From the NCBI GenBank assembly GCA_964485625.1, contig CAZAJM010000002.1:36167-100166 (forward strand): a stretch of 64,000 nt of DNA, read 5' to 3'. The DNA is from an uncultured Candidatus Saccharibacteria bacterium (lineage in GTDB: Bacteria; Patescibacteriota; UBA1384; JAGGWG01; CAZAJM01). Position 1 is the stretch's first letter, and each line of letters begins with the position of its first letter. The notes beneath the pieces were generated by a model. It saw only the letters and a list, made by a program, of their open reading frames with translations. It did no database searches and was not told where the DNA came from. The position numbers and the translations under genes are program-made. Below, one piece after another: positions 9,790-18,942 of the stretch.

Positions 9790-10544
9790 TATTTTTCTTT
9801 TATTTTAACCTCTACTTCACTATCTCTATTTAGTAGATAGTTCTGGGCAATAGTAAAGAGGTTTCTGGTTGTCCAATAAATTCCAATTGCTGCCGGGAAC
9901 TGAAGAACAATAATAAAACTCATCACAGGCAGAAAGCCCTTCATCTGCTTGCCCATCATCTTGGTTAGCTGAGACTGGAAATCTCCTTTCTTATCTTTGT
10001 CTTTGTCTTTTCCGTCTTCTTTATCATCTCCCATGCCCATCTGACTAGGAGTGGTTACTGTCTGCCAGTAGGTGGTTAACCCGGCAATTACAGCGATATA
10101 GATTGAGCCGGTCGCCGTCATATCCGCTATACCTAATAGGGTTGTATTTAGGATCTCTGGCCGACTGACAAAAGAGTAGAGTAAGTCTAAACTCTCTGGG
10201 TTGATATAGCTTCTAAAAAGATAGTAGACCGCAATAAAGATTGGAAACTGAATCAGCAAAGGCAAGCAACCACCGGCCGGATTTACCCCTTCCTCCTGAT
10301 AGAGTTTAAGTAACTCCTGGGATTGCTTCTCTTTATCGTCTTTGTGTTTCTCTTGGATCTCCTTCATCTTCGGCTGGATTTTTTTTAAATCTTTCTGGCT
10401 CTCAATTTGCTTCTTATAGAGTGGGGCTAACAAGAACTGGATTAGAACAGTAAGTACGATAATAGCTATACCCATATCCCCAACTAGGTTATAGATTAGA
10501 ATCAAAACATTAAAGATTGGCTGAATAAAGTAAGTTTCCCACAT
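9789..10544 (-). CDS. yidC: Membrane protein insertase YidC (short Gram-positive/Oxa1-like form)
   Basis: ...APLYKKQIESQKDLKKIQPKMKEIQEKHKDDKEK...YQEEGVNPAGGCLPLLIQFPIFIAVYY. Five predicted TM segments. Operon context. Confidence 0.85.
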   Translation of the reverse strand: MWETYFIQPIFNVLILIYNLVGDMGIAIIVLTVLIQFLLAPLYKKQIESQKDLKKIQPKMKEIQEKHKDDKEKQSQELLKLYQEEGVNPAGGCLPLLIQFPIFIAVYYLFRSYINPESLDLLYSFVSRPEILNTTLLGIADMTATGSIYIAVIAGLTTYWQTVTTPSQMGMGDDKEDGKDKDKDKKGDFQSQLTKMMGKQMKGFLPVMSFIIVLQFPAAIGIYWTTRNLFTIAQNYLLNRDSEVEVKIKEK

Positions 10545-10568
10545 ATATATTTATATTAATGTATTTAT

Positions 10569-10802
10569 TTACTTAACTGGGTCATAACCGCTACCACCCC
10601 AAGGATTACATCGAGCCACTCTTTTGATAGCTAACCAGCTGCCCTTTAGTATCCCATACTTTTCTATCGATTCATAGCCATACTGAGAACAGGTTGGGCT
10701 ATAGCGGCAGGCCTTAACAGGAATCAGTTTACCGAGAAGGCCGTGATCTAAAGAGAGTGTCTTCTGATATACTCTGATTAATCCTAGCAAAATATATTTC
10801 AT
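10569..10802 (-). CDS. yidD: Membrane protein insertion efficiency factor YidD
   Basis: 77 aa. YidD signature [19 protein letters not shown]...[13 protein letters not shown]. Confidence 0.8.
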   Translation of the reverse strand: MKYILLGLIRVYQKTLSLDHGLLGKLIPVKACRYSPTCSQYGYESIEKYGILKGSWLAIKRVARCNPWGGSGYDPVK

Positions 10803-11131
10803 CCTAGGTGCTTAGTTAATTTAGTCAGTTGCTCGTTAAAATCTTCCACCAGACCTTTCTCTTTTTGATAATCCTTCTTAACCATTAAGACCAAATAGCC
10901 TTGAGGTATTTTTTCTAGACTATCTTTAACCAGACCCCTCAATCTTCTCTTTATCCTATTTCTCCGACTTGCCTTGAGGCTCACCTTATTACTAACAACA
11001 AATCCGACCTTTTTCAAGTCTCTGGCTGATAAGTAGAACCAAATAGAGTTAGGAGAGTAGAACCTCTTCCCTTTTTTCATAACTCTCTTAAAAGTGCTAT
11101 CTTTCCTTATTCGACTATCTCTATTAAGCAT
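10799..11131 (-). CDS. rnpA: Ribonuclease P protein component
   Basis: 110 aa, basic. RNR-type motif [14 protein letters not shown]. Immediately upstream of yidD. No rpmH ORF was found between it and dnaA. Confidence 0.8.
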   Translation of the reverse strand: MLNRDSRIRKDSTFKRVMKKGKRFYSPNSIWFYLSARDLKKVGFVVSNKVSLKASRRNRIKRRLRGLVKDSLEKIPQGYLVLMVKKDYQKEKGLVEDFNEQLTKLTKHLG

Positions 11132-11298
11132 GGTTGTGGAAAACTTGTTTAGATATTAACAGGCTAAGCTTAACGGGTTTTTAGGCTATTGTCAAAATAT
11201 CCTGATCGTTATTTAACAAAGGAGATTTGACTCTAACTAAAACAAATATAGTCAATGTCAAGCTAAACCCCAATAACTGAGTACTTGTAATTATGGCT

Positions 11299-11354
11299 GT
11301 GGATAATTACAATATTAACAGGGTTTGTATCTAAGTTATCCACTTGTTAATATC
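11299..11354 (+). promoter_or_regulatory. dnaA promoter region with two DnaA boxes (tgtggataa about 11299-11307, inverted; ttatccact about 11337-11345) and a candidate -35/-10 (ttgtat-N17-taatat)
   Basis: Perfect or near-perfect TTATCCACA consensus 9-mers. The second box lies inside the promoter spacer, suggesting autoregulation. Coordinates carry +/-1 uncertainty. Confidence 0.5.
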
Positions 11355-11365
11355 AGAATAACGAA

Positions 11366-12754
11366 ATGAATTTAAACGAGGCTTGGCAAAATGTGTTGGG
11401 GGAACTAGAAGTTGAACTCTCACGAGCTAATTTTACAACGTGGTTTAAAGATACTTTTATCGATTCCTACACTGATGAGAATGAGGTGGTAGTGGGCGTG
11501 CCAACCAATTTTACGAAGAAATGGCTAGAGAAGAAGTATAAGCAGGATCTAAAAAAGTCTTTAGCCAAAAATTTACCCGAAGTTAAAGAGATAACCTTTG
11601 TTATTAAAGAGAGAAAAGAGACTCCCAAAGAGAAAGAGGTTGATAGTTTACCTGTTGAAAACAGATCTGGCCAAGAGATACGTAAAGAGAAGATGTCTGA
11701 GCCCAAAGAAGTTGGAAAGTCTTCCAAACCGGCCGGACTCAATCCCAACTATACTTTTAAAAAGTTTGTGGTTGGGGAATCCAATAAATTGGCCCATGCC
11801 GCTAGCAAGGCAGTAGCTAGCTCTCCTGGTGTTAGTTACAACCCTCTCTTTATCTATGGGGGGGTTGGTCTAGGTAAGACCCACCTAATGCATGCTATAG
11901 GCAACTCTATTAAGAACCGAGATCCGGAAAAAGAGATCCTCTATGTTACATTTGAAACTTTTACCAACCATTTTATCGATGTGGTTCAAAACGGTGGGGT
12001 AAAAAAATTCAAAGACAAGTACCGAAACCTCGATGTCTTGCTTGTCGATGATATTCAGTTTATTTCAAAAAAAGAGCGAACCCAAGAAGAGTTTTTTCAC
12101 ACCTTCAATGCCCTCCATCAAGAGAATAAGCAGATCGTTATCACCTCCGACCGCCAACCCAAAGAGATACCAACTTTAGAAGACCGACTACGAAGCAGAT
12201 TTGAGTGTGGGATGATAGCCGACGTTGGCAAACCAGATGTTGAGACCAGAATGGCCATAATCTCTAAAAAACTCGATGCTAAAAACTATGAGCTTTCTAG
12301 AAATATTGTTGAATATATTGCCGAAAATATCCATCATAGTATTAGAGAGCTAGAGGGAGCAGTTAATCGTTTGGTTGCTTATGGCGATCTCAAAGGCGAG
12401 ACAATAACCTTGGATACCGCCGAGGAAATATTGGGGAACATATTAACCGAACAAGAAAAAAGATTAAGTCCGGATAAGGTTATTGAAGAGATTGTCGGTT
12501 TTTTTGAAGTTAAAAAGAAAGATTTACTTGGTAAAAGAAGATTTAAAGAGTTGGTAGTACCACGACAGCTAACTATGTACCTACTCCGTCATGAACTAAA
12601 CCTATCTTTCCCTCAAATAGCTGAAGTATTAAACAAAAAAGACCACACAACTATAATCCATGGTTGTGAGAAGATTGAGAAAGAGTTACAGAAAAATAAG
12701 CGATTAAAAAAAGAATTCGATATTGTTAAAGAGAAGATATATATCGGTGGATAA
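11366..12754 (+). CDS. dnaA: Chromosomal replication initiator protein DnaA
   Basis: N-terminal ...WQNVLGELEVELSRANFTTWF. AAA+ Walker A GGVGLGKTHLMHAIGN. C-terminal DnaA-box binding domain ...LTMYLLRHELNLSFPQIAEVLNKKDHTTIIHGCEKI. Confidence 0.95.
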   Translation: MNLNEAWQNVLGELEVELSRANFTTWFKDTFIDSYTDENEVVVGVPTNFTKKWLEKKYKQDLKKSLAKNLPEVKEITFVIKERKETPKEKEVDSLPVENRSGQEIRKEKMSEPKEVGKSSKPAGLNPNYTFKKFVVGESNKLAHAASKAVASSPGVSYNPLFIYGGVGLGKTHLMHAIGNSIKNRDPEKEILYVTFETFTNHFIDVVQNGGVKKFKDKYRNLDVLLVDDIQFISKKERTQEEFFHTFNALHQENKQIVITSDRQPKEIPTLEDRLRSRFECGMIADVGKPDVETRMAIISKKLDAKNYELSRNIVEYIAENIHHSIRELEGAVNRLVAYGDLKGETITLDTAEEILGNILTEQEKRLSPDKVIEEIVGFFEVKKKDLLGKRRFKELVVPRQLTMYLLRHELNLSFPQIAEVLNKKDHTTIIHGCEKIEKELQKNKRLKKEFDIVKEKIYIGG

Positions 12755-13005
12755 GTTTGTGATTAGTTTAGTATAAGTTGTTAATAGAGTTTAAAAAACA
12801 TCATCATAATTACTTATCCCATAGTAATCCATAACAATTATCACCCACTTATCAGCAAATAATTATTAAATAAATTACTAAATTAATAGAAGTAAAAATC
12901 AATTAAATAAATCTTATCAACATATCCCCAGACCTTGTTATTACTACTATATAAATAAACTAAATACTTAATAATATAGAGCGGGTAAAAAAATAATATA
13001 TATTT
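12755..13005. other. Candidate oriC: AT-rich dnaA-dnaN spacer with four same-orientation TTATC-core DnaA-box-like 9-mers (ttatcccat 12814, ttatcaccc 12838, ttatcagca 12849, ttatcaaca 12914) and an AT-rich putative unwinding element
   Basis: Sequence inspection. Position between dnaA and dnaN, as in many bacteria. Confidence 0.5.
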
Positions 13006-14124
13006 ATGAAAATAACATTACTTAGAAAGAATTTAAATGAAGCTCTAAGGATAGCTTCACCGGCAATCTCAAACCAAGCCGATCTAGCCATACTATCTAA
13101 TTTTCTAATTAGAGCCGATCAAAGTATGGTTAGTATTTTAGCAACTGACTTAGAGATTGGAGTAACTATTAAAGTAAGAGGTAAGGTAGATGAGCCTGGA
13201 GAGATAACAATACCGGCTCAAATATTTTCTGAGTTTATTAGTAACTCTAATGAAGAGCGGGTTGAGATAGAGACAGAGAAAGATACTCTTAAAATAAACG
13301 ATGGTAAAAATAGGGCTACTATTAAAGGTCAGCCCACAGAAGACTATCCTCAAATACCAGATATTAATGAGGAGCAGACTGAGTCAATAACAATTAATGG
13401 TGAAAAAATATACTCGGCCTTAAATAGGGTCTTAACTGCACCGACCAAAGATGATTCAAGGCCAATTCTATCTGGAGTACTGTTTGAAGTGATGGAGAGC
13501 TCTTTAAAATTAGTTGCTACAGATTCTTATCGTTTGGCCGAAGAGGTGGTTAGTTTAAACGATAAACCAACCCAGAAATCAAAAGTGGTTGCACCACTAA
13601 AAGCTTGCCAAGAACTTTCAAGGATTTTGGAGAAAGAGATAGAGAACGATCTAGAGATAATATTCTCGGAGAACCAAATTGGTTTTCAAGTAAATAATAA
13701 AACTTTGGTCAGCCGCTTGATTGAGGGAGACTATCCGGATTATAGCCAGATTATTCCCGACAGTTTCAACACCAAACTAACTCTTAAAAGGAAAGAGTTT
13801 TTAAATGCCGCTAAAACTGCCTGGTTGTTTAGTCGCGATCAAGCTAATAATGTTAAGTTAAAAATTACAGATAATAACCTAACTATTTTAGCTACCTCTC
13901 CTCAGATTGGTGAGAGTAAGAGTAGCCTTGATCTATCAGATAAAAACGGACCTGATGTAGAGATCTCTTTTAACATTAAGTTTATCACCGATATTCTTAA
14001 TGTGATCTCCGGAGATGAGGTTGAGCTAAAACTCAACCAATCTAACCAACCCGGTCTGATTAGAGAGAGGGGTAATAATGATTTTCTTTACTTAATTATG
14101 CCTCTTAAAACCGAAGAGGAGTAG
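13006..14124 (+). CDS. dnaN: DNA polymerase III beta sliding clamp
   Basis: 372 aa. N-terminal MKITLLRKNLNEALRIASPAIS...LSNFLIRADQ...LATDLEIGV. Three-domain length. Synteny dnaA-dnaN-recF. Confidence 0.9.
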   Translation: MKITLLRKNLNEALRIASPAISNQADLAILSNFLIRADQSMVSILATDLEIGVTIKVRGKVDEPGEITIPAQIFSEFISNSNEERVEIETEKDTLKINDGKNRATIKGQPTEDYPQIPDINEEQTESITINGEKIYSALNRVLTAPTKDDSRPILSGVLFEVMESSLKLVATDSYRLAEEVVSLNDKPTQKSKVVAPLKACQELSRILEKEIENDLEIIFSENQIGFQVNNKTLVSRLIEGDYPDYSQIIPDSFNTKLTLKRKEFLNAAKTAWLFSRDQANNVKLKITDNNLTILATSPQIGESKSSLDLSDKNGPDVEISFNIKFITDILNVISGDEVELKLNQSNQPGLIRERGNNDFLYLIMPLKTEEE

Positions 14125-14153
14125 GTTGGGTATATAACCAAAAGAACTACTAG

Positions 14154-15260
14154 ATGAAGTTAAGATTAAACTTAGTTAACTTCCGTAATTTTAAGAAGCG
14201 GTCGTTTGACATCAAACCACCCACTATAATCATCGGCCACAATGCTAGTGGTAAGACCAATATAGTTGAGAGTATTTTTTTACTTTCAACTACCAACTCT
14301 TTTAAAAAATCTAAGAGCAAAGACTTTGTTCTTTTTAATAAAGATTTCACTAAGATTACTTTGGAAGAGATAAAGAAAGACCAAATTAATCAATTTGAGC
14401 TTAGAATTAAGAAAGATAACTCATATAAAAAAGAGGGCTATCTCGATGAGAGACAGGTAAGCCTATCGGAGTTAATTGGTGGCCTACCGACAGTCGTCTT
14501 TGCCCCCGAAAGCCTCCATATTATTAAAGGCAGTCCCTCCCTTAGAAGAAGTTTTTTAAATTTGGTTATCAGTCAGATCGATAGCAGTTATCTAAACAAT
14601 CTTTTAAAATACAAGCAAGTAAAGGAAGAGAGAAATAAACTACTTGGTCTAATTAGTGAGGGGCGAGCGGATAAAGATGAGTTGGAGTTCTGGGACCGGG
14701 AGCTAACCAAGACCGGAGCCTATCAAATATTAAAACGACATCAATTTATTAGCTACTTGAATAAAAATATCAACAAACTCTACAACCATATTTCAAGAGA
14801 GCGGCATAAAATTAAAATAAGCTATAAGACAAACTTTGGAGAGCTTAATAAAGATAACGATGAGTTAGACCAAATCAAAGATAGCTACTCTCAGACCCTG
14901 GCTGGTAGTCTCAAAACGGATCTCAGATACACTACCACCACCAAGGGACCACATCGAGATGATATAGAGATATTAATTGACTCTAGCCCAATTGCCGGCA
15001 CCGGTTCTCAAGGCGAGATCCGTTCGATGGCTTTTGTCATTAAACTTCTAGAGAGAGATTATTTAAAAAACCAAATAGACAAGGAACCAATATTTTTGCT
15101 TGATGATCCCTTGTCTGAGCTAGATGATTTTAGAGCCAAGTACTTACTTGATAAAATTAAAGATGATAGAGTAATAATAACCGCTCTAGAGGAGGAGCTT
15201 AGAGGAATTGAGAAATATATTGATAATTTTCAAATAATTAATTTAAGTCCCAAAGAATGA
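14154..15260 (+). CDS. recF: DNA replication/repair protein RecF
   Basis: Walker A GHNASGKTNIVESI. Signature/Walker B region ...LLDDPLSELD. Synteny. Confidence 0.9.
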   Translation: MKLRLNLVNFRNFKKRSFDIKPPTIIIGHNASGKTNIVESIFLLSTTNSFKKSKSKDFVLFNKDFTKITLEEIKKDQINQFELRIKKDNSYKKEGYLDERQVSLSELIGGLPTVVFAPESLHIIKGSPSLRRSFLNLVISQIDSSYLNNLLKYKQVKEERNKLLGLISEGRADKDELEFWDRELTKTGAYQILKRHQFISYLNKNINKLYNHISRERHKIKISYKTNFGELNKDNDELDQIKDSYSQTLAGSLKTDLRYTTTTKGPHRDDIEILIDSSPIAGTGSQGEIRSMAFVIKLLERDYLKNQIDKEPIFLLDDPLSELDDFRAKYLLDKIKDDRVIITALEEELRGIEKYIDNFQIINLSPKE

Positions 15261-15529
15261 AAAAAATATCAGAAGTACTGAAAAGTAAGGGAATAAGAAA
15301 GACGGCCGGTGCCGCCCTGGTCTGTAAAAAGGCAGAAGATTTAATCAAAGAGACTTTAAATATTAAAGATTTGGAAGTGGTTAAGTATCAAGGCAAGGCA
15401 CTTTTTCTCTCTACAAGAAGCTCAGCTAGCTCTCAAAAAATATTTGAGAACCAAACCAAGTTAATTGAAAAGATTAAAAAGAACTTAGATATCGATCTAG
15501 AGCGAATCAGTTATCGTAAGAAGTACTAA
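15257..15529 (+). CDS. DUF721-family (DciA-like) small protein downstream of recF
   Basis: 90 aa. Overlaps the recF stop. In the position where DUF721/DciA-like genes typically follow recF. Call rests on size and position. Confidence 0.45.
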   Translation: MKKISEVLKSKGIRKTAGAALVCKKAEDLIKETLNIKDLEVVKYQGKALFLSTRSSASSQKIFENQTKLIEKIKKNLDIDLERISYRKKY

Positions 15530-15556
15530 AAGCCAATATGGATATAAAACAAACCG

Positions 15557-16348
15557 TTAGGCCTTGTTCCAAATATCTAGTAATTTTTCTTGGCCTTTTC
15601 TTAAGTTTTTGTAAGGAAACAGTTCTAATATAAATGGACCATAGTAGCCAGCATCTTTACAGTTTTTTATAAATTTTTTGTAATCAATGTTGCCCTCACC
15701 AATAGATTTGTGTTGATCTTTGGTGCCGTCATTGTCATGAATATGAATATCTAACACTCTGTCATTAATTGATTTAAAAAACTCCAACGGGCTTTTGTTG
15801 CTGGTATTAGTATGCCCAACATCAAGAGTAACTTTTAGACCAGGTACTGCATTTAAAACCTTTAAAAAGTCTTCATAACTACTACAAAGATTTCTACCCC
15901 AAGCATCTAAGTTTTCCAGGCAAATTGATACATTTTTTTCTTTGCCCATCTTGGCGATTTTTTGCAAGTTATCAATTAGTGAATCATATACTTTATCTAT
16001 AGCCCTACTTGGCAGTTCTCGCCAGCCGGGGTGGATAGTTAACCTATCGCTGCCAACTTTTTGAGCCAAATCGATAGCTTTGGCTACGTTTTTGTATAGC
16101 CCTTCCCTGATTTCAGGTAATAGAGTAGAGGTGGGTAAATAGAAAGCAGTATGAATGATTAACTTGATATTGTTATCTTTGGCTTTCTGTTTGATTTCCA
16201 CAATCTTATCTTTAGATAGATTGAAGTTTTGTGGCCAATCTAAGGCTATCTCAAACCAATCAAAATCATTCTCAATGGCAAAATCAAGATCATCTATTAT
16301 ATCTTCAGTTGTTAATTGTCCCATGACACCGATTTGTGGTTTTTTCAT
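15557..16348 (-). CDS. Sugar phosphate isomerase/epimerase (xylose isomerase-like TIM barrel)
   Basis: 263 aa. Metal-ligand-like motifs ...IHTAF..., ...ICLENLD..., ...DVGH..., ...HIHD... spaced as in the AP endonuclease 2 / xylose isomerase-like fold. Confidence 0.6.
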   Translation of the reverse strand: MKKPQIGVMGQLTTEDIIDDLDFAIENDFDWFEIALDWPQNFNLSKDKIVEIKQKAKDNNIKLIIHTAFYLPTSTLLPEIREGLYKNVAKAIDLAQKVGSDRLTIHPGWRELPSRAIDKVYDSLIDNLQKIAKMGKEKNVSICLENLDAWGRNLCSSYEDFLKVLNAVPGLKVTLDVGHTNTSNKSPLEFFKSINDRVLDIHIHDNDGTKDQHKSIGEGNIDYKKFIKNCKDAGYYGPFILELFPYKNLRKGQEKLLDIWNKA

Positions 16349-16359
16349 GTTTGTTTGTT

Positions 16360-17703
16360 TTAATCTTGTTCTTTTTTACGCTCAATAATTTTTTCAGCTC
16401 TTTCTAAGGCGTTTCTTTTGGCTTGTTCTAGGTCAGCTAACATGTACTCCATAACTGTATCTTCGGTTGCTCCCTGCTTGATATATCTCTCTGACATCCA
16501 CTCATTCATACCCTTTAATGTAGGTGGACAATCTAAATATCGTGCTCTTTCACCATGGTAATCTTTTAGTATAGCATATATTATGCAATCTTCTGGATTG
16601 TTGGAAAAAACTGATTTAGAAAAATTACGCTCACGTTCAATGAAATCATCTCTAGCTGGACCATTGTTGTCTTTTATCTCCTGGGTTTCACTAATACGCT
16701 TCTGTAAATATTCATCATATTTTCCACTCTCAGCATCTGTTATACTTTTTTCTGACAAAATATTTCTGTGGCCAATAAAAAAAACACCCTCATTGCATCC
16801 GTAGTGAGCCAAGGCTGCCCAACCCTGGAAAGAGTTTTCTAGGGCCTGATCAATGTCCCCGGTTAAGTAGAGGGTGCCAAATAATGTTTCGGCGTCACCA
16901 TTAATATCAAAACGTAGTCTGCCTCGTAGTTCGTTTAATGATCCTCTAAAGATAGATGCTCCCAGGACGTGTGCAACGCAGTGCTCGTCTTCAATTATCT
17001 CTCTTTTTCCTTCACTCATTCTTTCTAGAGCCGATTCTACCTCTGTTTTAACAGAAGTATCTTGTTCAATTATTTCATTTTTTACTCTTTCTAGTTCGAT
17101 CATAGATAAAATTCTAGCTTCTTGTGCTATTTCCATTCTCTCACTCCCCCAATCACCGTGTTTTTTTGCTTCTTCAAACTCATATTCAATGCCATCCAAA
17201 GCGTGGTCTCCAGGCTTTAAGGCGCTAGCGGTCATATGTTTACCACTTCTTTCTTCCTGTTGCTTTTCTGCAAATTCTGGATTATCTCTTATTTCACTAA
17301 ACACCCAACTAATATTACCAATTCTGTCGACAAATGCCGAAATGCCATCATCGCTTTTTGTAACAGCTGTTTCCAATGATTCACCGCGATAAAGTGATTC
17401 GAATAACGTCACTATATCCATGGAGCCTTTTCTTGAATCACCTTTTAGCTCTCTTTGATGTGCTTTAAATAGTTGGCGTCCGTAAATAAAACTGACCATA
17501 CCTTTGTCGTTGGCAGATTCTTTTTGCCAATCTTTTAGGTTTTCTACAGATCTCTTTAAATATTCAACACGCTCTTTGCGGTTTTTACTCATAATTTTCT
17601 CATCATTAGTCAGATGCTCTTCGGCATTTTTGTACTCTTCTGGTGTTGGTTGATAGCTTGTTTCTTTTTCAATCATAATATTTGTTAATTTTCTATTATC
17701 CAC
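16360..17703 (-). CDS. Hypothetical protein (447 aa), unknown function. Lies in a higher-GC segment.
   Basis: Clean ORF. E/R-rich composition unlike its neighbours. No recognisable motif. Confidence 0.5.
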   Translation of the reverse strand: MDNRKLTNIMIEKETSYQPTPEEYKNAEEHLTNDEKIMSKNRKERVEYLKRSVENLKDWQKESANDKGMVSFIYGRQLFKAHQRELKGDSRKGSMDIVTLFESLYRGESLETAVTKSDDGISAFVDRIGNISWVFSEIRDNPEFAEKQQEERSGKHMTASALKPGDHALDGIEYEFEEAKKHGDWGSERMEIAQEARILSMIELERVKNEIIEQDTSVKTEVESALERMSEGKREIIEDEHCVAHVLGASIFRGSLNELRGRLRFDINGDAETLFGTLYLTGDIDQALENSFQGWAALAHYGCNEGVFFIGHRNILSEKSITDAESGKYDEYLQKRISETQEIKDNNGPARDDFIERERNFSKSVFSNNPEDCIIYAILKDYHGERARYLDCPPTLKGMNEWMSERYIKQGATEDTVMEYMLADLEQAKRNALERAEKIIERKKEQD

Positions 17704-17794
17704 TCAGGGGGAACTCAGATAAAGGATTTCAATTAGTTGGCGGGGAGGCCAAATCTAATCTGAATCTCTACCTGAGTGGAAAACGGGGATGGTG

Positions 17795-18001
17795 CTAACT
17801 TGCGAGGAGCTTCTTAATGGGGCGATAGAGCGGGGAAACGGCCACAAGTAGAAGAATCACACCTCCAAGTACTGCAGAGTGAGTTGTCAGCATTACTGTG
17901 GTCCCTAGAGCTACTCCCAGCAGGTTGCCAATGACTAGTGCCAGGATTGCCCGGGACGCAGAGCCGTAGTAGGCCCTAAAGTGCTTCCAAAACTCCAGCA
18001 A
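17795..18001 (-). CDS. Small two-TM membrane protein (68 aa), hypothetical
   Basis: Hydrophobic segments ILALVIGNLLGVALG and LGGVILLLVAV. The local GC is about 50%, far above that of the rest of the window. Confidence 0.35.
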   Translation of the reverse strand: MLEFWKHFRAYYGSASRAILALVIGNLLGVALGTTVMLTTHSAVLGGVILLLVAVSPLYRPIKKLLAS

Positions 18002-18195
18002 GTTATTTCACCTCCTCGTGTTTATAAGTTACGCTTCTATTGAAGCTGCCAGTAATATACTAGTTAATGTCAAATGTGTCAATGATATTTAACAACAATT
18101 AATTAATTATTATATAATTAACAGGTTAAATTTGACTTTTTAGATAATATAATATATAATATGTAAAAGAATTTTACAACAAATTAAATCAATTT

Positions 18196-18942
18196 ATGGA
18201 TCAAAAACTACTTAAGGCCCTATCTGGGCTTAACCTGTCGGATAATGAGTCTAGAGTATATATAGCCGCTCTAGAATTGGGTTCAGCTACTGTTTCTCAG
18301 ATAGCTAAAAAAGCTGGTGTGGAGAGGGTTAATACATATAATGTTATAGAGAAGCTGATGAGTAAGGGTTTTGTCTATCAGACTGGAGAAGGAAAATTGA
18401 AAACCTACTCCGCCGTTAGCCCTAAAAGATTAGAGGCAATATCAAGATCTAGAACAGAAAATCTTAAAAATGCCCTACCCCAATTACTATCAATTGAAAA
18501 CTCAAACGAGGTTAAGCCTAAGGTTAGATATTATCAAGGCATTGAAGGAATCAAGGAGGCTTTTGAAGAAACCTTAAAGTGCGATAAAGATGAAGAAATA
18601 CTGGCGGTTGCTACCGCTGAAGGAATATATCAAGCATTAGGAGATTGGACCAGTGAATATTTAAAAAGAAGGATAGAGAAAGGTATTAAAATGAGAGCTA
18701 TAGTCGATAATTCAAAAATAGGTAAAAAGCATAAATCTAACGACAAACAGGAACTACGTACTACAAGATTAGTTGATAAGGATAAGTTTTATTTTTCTAA
18801 TGAGATCAATATATTCGATAATAAGGTAATGATCGTTTCCTATAAAGACAAGATGGGTCTAATAATTGAATCTAAACAAGTTGCCGACACTCAAAGATCG
18901 GTATTTGAACTAGCCTGGAAAGGGGCAAATAATAAATCTTAG
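18196..18942 (+). CDS. TrmB-family transcriptional regulator
   Basis: N-terminal HTH LSDNESRVYIAALELGSATVSQIAKKAGVERVNTYNVIEKLMSKGFV matches the TrmB/archaeal sugar-regulator wHTH pattern. A C-terminal domain follows. Confidence 0.65.
   Translation: MDQKLLKALSGLNLSDNESRVYIAALELGSATVSQIAKKAGVERVNTYNVIEKLMSKGFVYQTGEGKLKTYSAVSPKRLEAISRSRTENLKNALPQLLSIENSNEVKPKVRYYQGIEGIKEAFEETLKCDKDEEILAVATAEGIYQALGDWTSEYLKRRIEKGIKMRAIVDNSKIGKKHKSNDKQELRTTRLVDKDKFYFSNEINIFDNKVMIVSYKDKMGLIIESKQVADTQRSVFELAWKGANNKS

Noticed and set aside
11132-11365. Search for rpmH (L34) between rnpA and dnaA
   Set aside because: Neither strand yields a basic MKRT...-type small ORF here. The region is instead occupied by DnaA boxes and promoter elements.
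16583-17392. Plus-strand ORFs 16583-16804 and 16874-17392 opposite the 447-aa minus-strand gene
   Set aside because: Serine/leucine-rich mirror translations of the opposite-strand gene. The minus-strand ORF is longer and uninterrupted.
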